A stretch of DNA of 61,319 nucleotides, counting the filler, from Hausera hauseri (taxonomy: Eukaryota), in NCBI GenBank assembly GCA_046269625.1. It is 10 parts of 10 records of this genome, joined end to end, with 100 filler letters (N's around TTAATTAATTAA, not from the genome) between each part and the next. Parts side by side here need not be neighbours in the genome. Positions count along the whole stretch, not along the records: positions 56,854 to 61,319 come from JBJURY010567228.1; 9 more parts are not named here. One strand, 5' to 3'. Every line of letters begins with the position of its first letter. The stretch's first letter is position 1. Made by a program: the position numbers and the translations under genes. The notes under the pieces were generated by a model, which saw only the letters and a list, made by a program, of their open reading frames with translations, did not search any database and was not told the DNA's origin. Shown piece by piece: positions 59,230 through 61,319 of the stretch.

Positions 59230-61302
59230 GCAAAGGGAACTTGGTTGTGGCTTTGTAGTATTTTTGTGTGATGATTCCAAATATGGCAACCGGTTTTCTG
59301 TATCACGTAAGGATTTGTTGCAAAATCATATTGAACATTCAACTTTTATTAAAGTTACGCTACCAATAATCAAATGTCTGAACCATGCTAAACTGTAATT
59401 AATTTGTGTGTTTGTAACAAAAACGAACAAGTTAAATTTATTCATTGTCACTTCTTTATATATTTTGAATAATAAAACAACTGAAATTGATGCATTGTTG
59501 AAGAAACGATTCACTTATTCATGCATTTCCGTCCTTTCATGATTGAGAACACAGTTGCGTTTTAGATTCCAGCAATAGTCGGGCATCATTCTGACATTGC
59601 AGTACCCCTGATATATATGCTCCGTTTCCTTGATGTCCTGGTGAAATCTTTCTCCTTGTTCCTCGTTGAAATCTTGAGGAAAAAATCCAAGTGGGAATGG
59701 AGGAAATGTACTTTCAGACTCATATTGCATCCTAGCGCACTATAGTCTCCCAGCATGGTTTCAACACATACTCTGTAATCTTTGTATCTGTAATTCCCAA
59801 AGAAATTGTCAACGACACCTTTAAAAAAAACCCAAACTTTGTGCTCAGCAGACTTCATTGTTCTTTCGAATTTGTGGGCCAACAAATACTCCTTTCACTT
59901 TTTCATAGCTTACTGCTGGAAAATTGTTGCGAATGTATTTGAAGCAATATCCCTCTTTGTCTAAGGCCTTAACAAACTTCTTAAACATACCAAATTTGAT
60001 GTAAAGTGTTGGAAGTAATATTAGAGCTGGGTCAATTAAACTTGTAGCAACAATGCTTTTAGATTCAGATTTCAAGTTTTGTCGAGGTAGCCAACTTTTC
60101 TTGGCCCAGTGTTGATTTCTAACCTTATCTTGTTCAAAAGACATTGGAGATTTTCGTATGTTTCCTTTAGCAGGGTTGAGTATGCTACTGGAACGGATCT
60201 ATATTCATTCCCACTGTCTCCAGAGTCCAGTATTGTAGTCGATTTCAGAACCTCCTAAATGGCACAGAATATCAAGTCATCTTCTGCTTCAAAATAATGC
60301 AGAAATTCTTCTTCACTATGTCGATGCCATGGGTATGTTGTGCCTGGAGGCAGTAAATTCTATGCATTAATCTAGAGTCAAGTAGTTTCAGTTCTCTCGC
60401 CAAGTTATTTAGTTCGCTTTGATAAAAAAGCTGTGGTTTATTCGTGTCCAATTGAGTATGGCATTCGTAATCATCTCCGGAACTGTTTTCATCTTCATCT
60501 GAGAAATTTACTTCAAACCAACTAGGAGTAACCAGAACGGGTAGGTCAAGTCCATGAAGCACAGGACGTCTTGCATAGGGCAGATCCGGATACAAAATGT
60601 TCTGTTTGTTTCTGGAATTATATCCTTTCAAAACACATGAGCAAAAGTAGCAATCATTGCTGTGGTTTTTAGACTCAGCCACACCATAGGAATACAAACG
60701 GCAATGCGGCTTTTTTTCCTTTGCTCCAAAGTCTCAATTCTTCCACACAAGTCCGAGGCTTTATGCGGAGCTCATAATTTGTCCTGATCGCCGAGCTTAA
60801 TTCCAAAATACGTCTTATTCGCCTCCTTCATAAAAGCGGTTGTGTTCTTTGACTGCTTGTGAACAACATAACTGCCACATATAGTAGATATCCATGTTAT
60901 TTTTAGAACCTCTTGAAACTATTCGAATTAAGAATTTATGGTAATTAATAATTAAAACACTTATTACCTAATTTTTTACTACAAGATCTTAACTGAACTA
61001 GTTAATGCGTGCAACCCAAATATCTGGTTTATATAGTGTTAACAAAGTGACATCATCATGCCAAACTTCAGGTGACATCAGCATACAAAAATTCCGATGA
61101 TGACAGCATGTTTGCTACAACAATTTATGCACTGGAAATTATAGGCCTACTATAATACAAACTTATACAGCCGCAAAATGCAGTTTTTGACGTAAATTGC
61201 TGTTTTGTGAAAAAAAACTGTATGTGATAGACAAAAATCAAAGTCATTTTTGGAATCAGCATACATGAAAAATCTAGACATCAGAAATTGTGTAACATAG
61301 TG
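59230..61302 (-). mobile_element. Decayed Chapaev3-like DNA transposon, probably intronic in the MICAL-like gene
   Basis: YFGIKLGDQDK, NHSNDCYFC, LLPTLYIKFGMFKKFVKAL, FVGPQIR, GCNMSLKVHFLHSHLDFF, EQGERFHQDI and MMPDYCW. Terminus CACTATGTTAC at 61302; inverted subterminal gt.tg.tgattccaaa.atg at ~59266 and ~61265. Left terminus is eroded. Confidence 0.8.
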
Positions 61303-61319
61303 TAATATGAAAATACTTT

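Noticed and set aside
1-61319. Prokaryotic system (operon, CRISPR, retron or defence-associated RT)
   Set aside because: All RTs are LTR or LINE type, host genes have spliceosomal introns, and no repeat-spacer array, rRNA or tRNA was seen.

Overview
This window is not one locus. It is ten unrelated contigs joined by 100-nt artificial linkers (N44-TTAATTAATTAA-N44): 1-10536, 10637-17153, 17254-21573, 21674-28441, 28542-34432, 34533-40360, 40461-47022, 47123-51208, 51309-56753 and 56854-61319. Everything recognisable is eukaryotic (animal). Most contigs look like an AT-rich invertebrate with ~43-51 nt GT-AG introns (SDCCAG8-like gene, a 10-exon Ser/Thr kinase, sestrin, a MICAL-like exon, an Aurora kinase fragment). 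Two contigs look teleost-like (Tx1/L1 LINEs, THAP remnant). Mostly decayed mobile elements dominate: Polinton/adintovirus PolB, Ty3/gypsy elements, hATm, maT/Tc1, hAT-Charlie, Chapaev3 and Tx1 LINEs. The main find is an unusual Ty3/gypsy architecture. In two diverged copies (contigs 3 and 9) a chuvirus-type class III fusion glycoprotein lies directly upstream of PR-RT-RH-IN with no gag between, and comparing the copies suggests glycoprotein and Pol were one ORF. In contig 3 a second signal-peptide/TM protein is fused after integrase. A different gypsy element (contig 8) carries a membrane protein, a dUTPase remnant and an ISG20/REX4-type DEDDh exonuclease remnant between integrase and a probable PPT/3' LTR. 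All family assignments are by-eye motif recognition; no database search was run.
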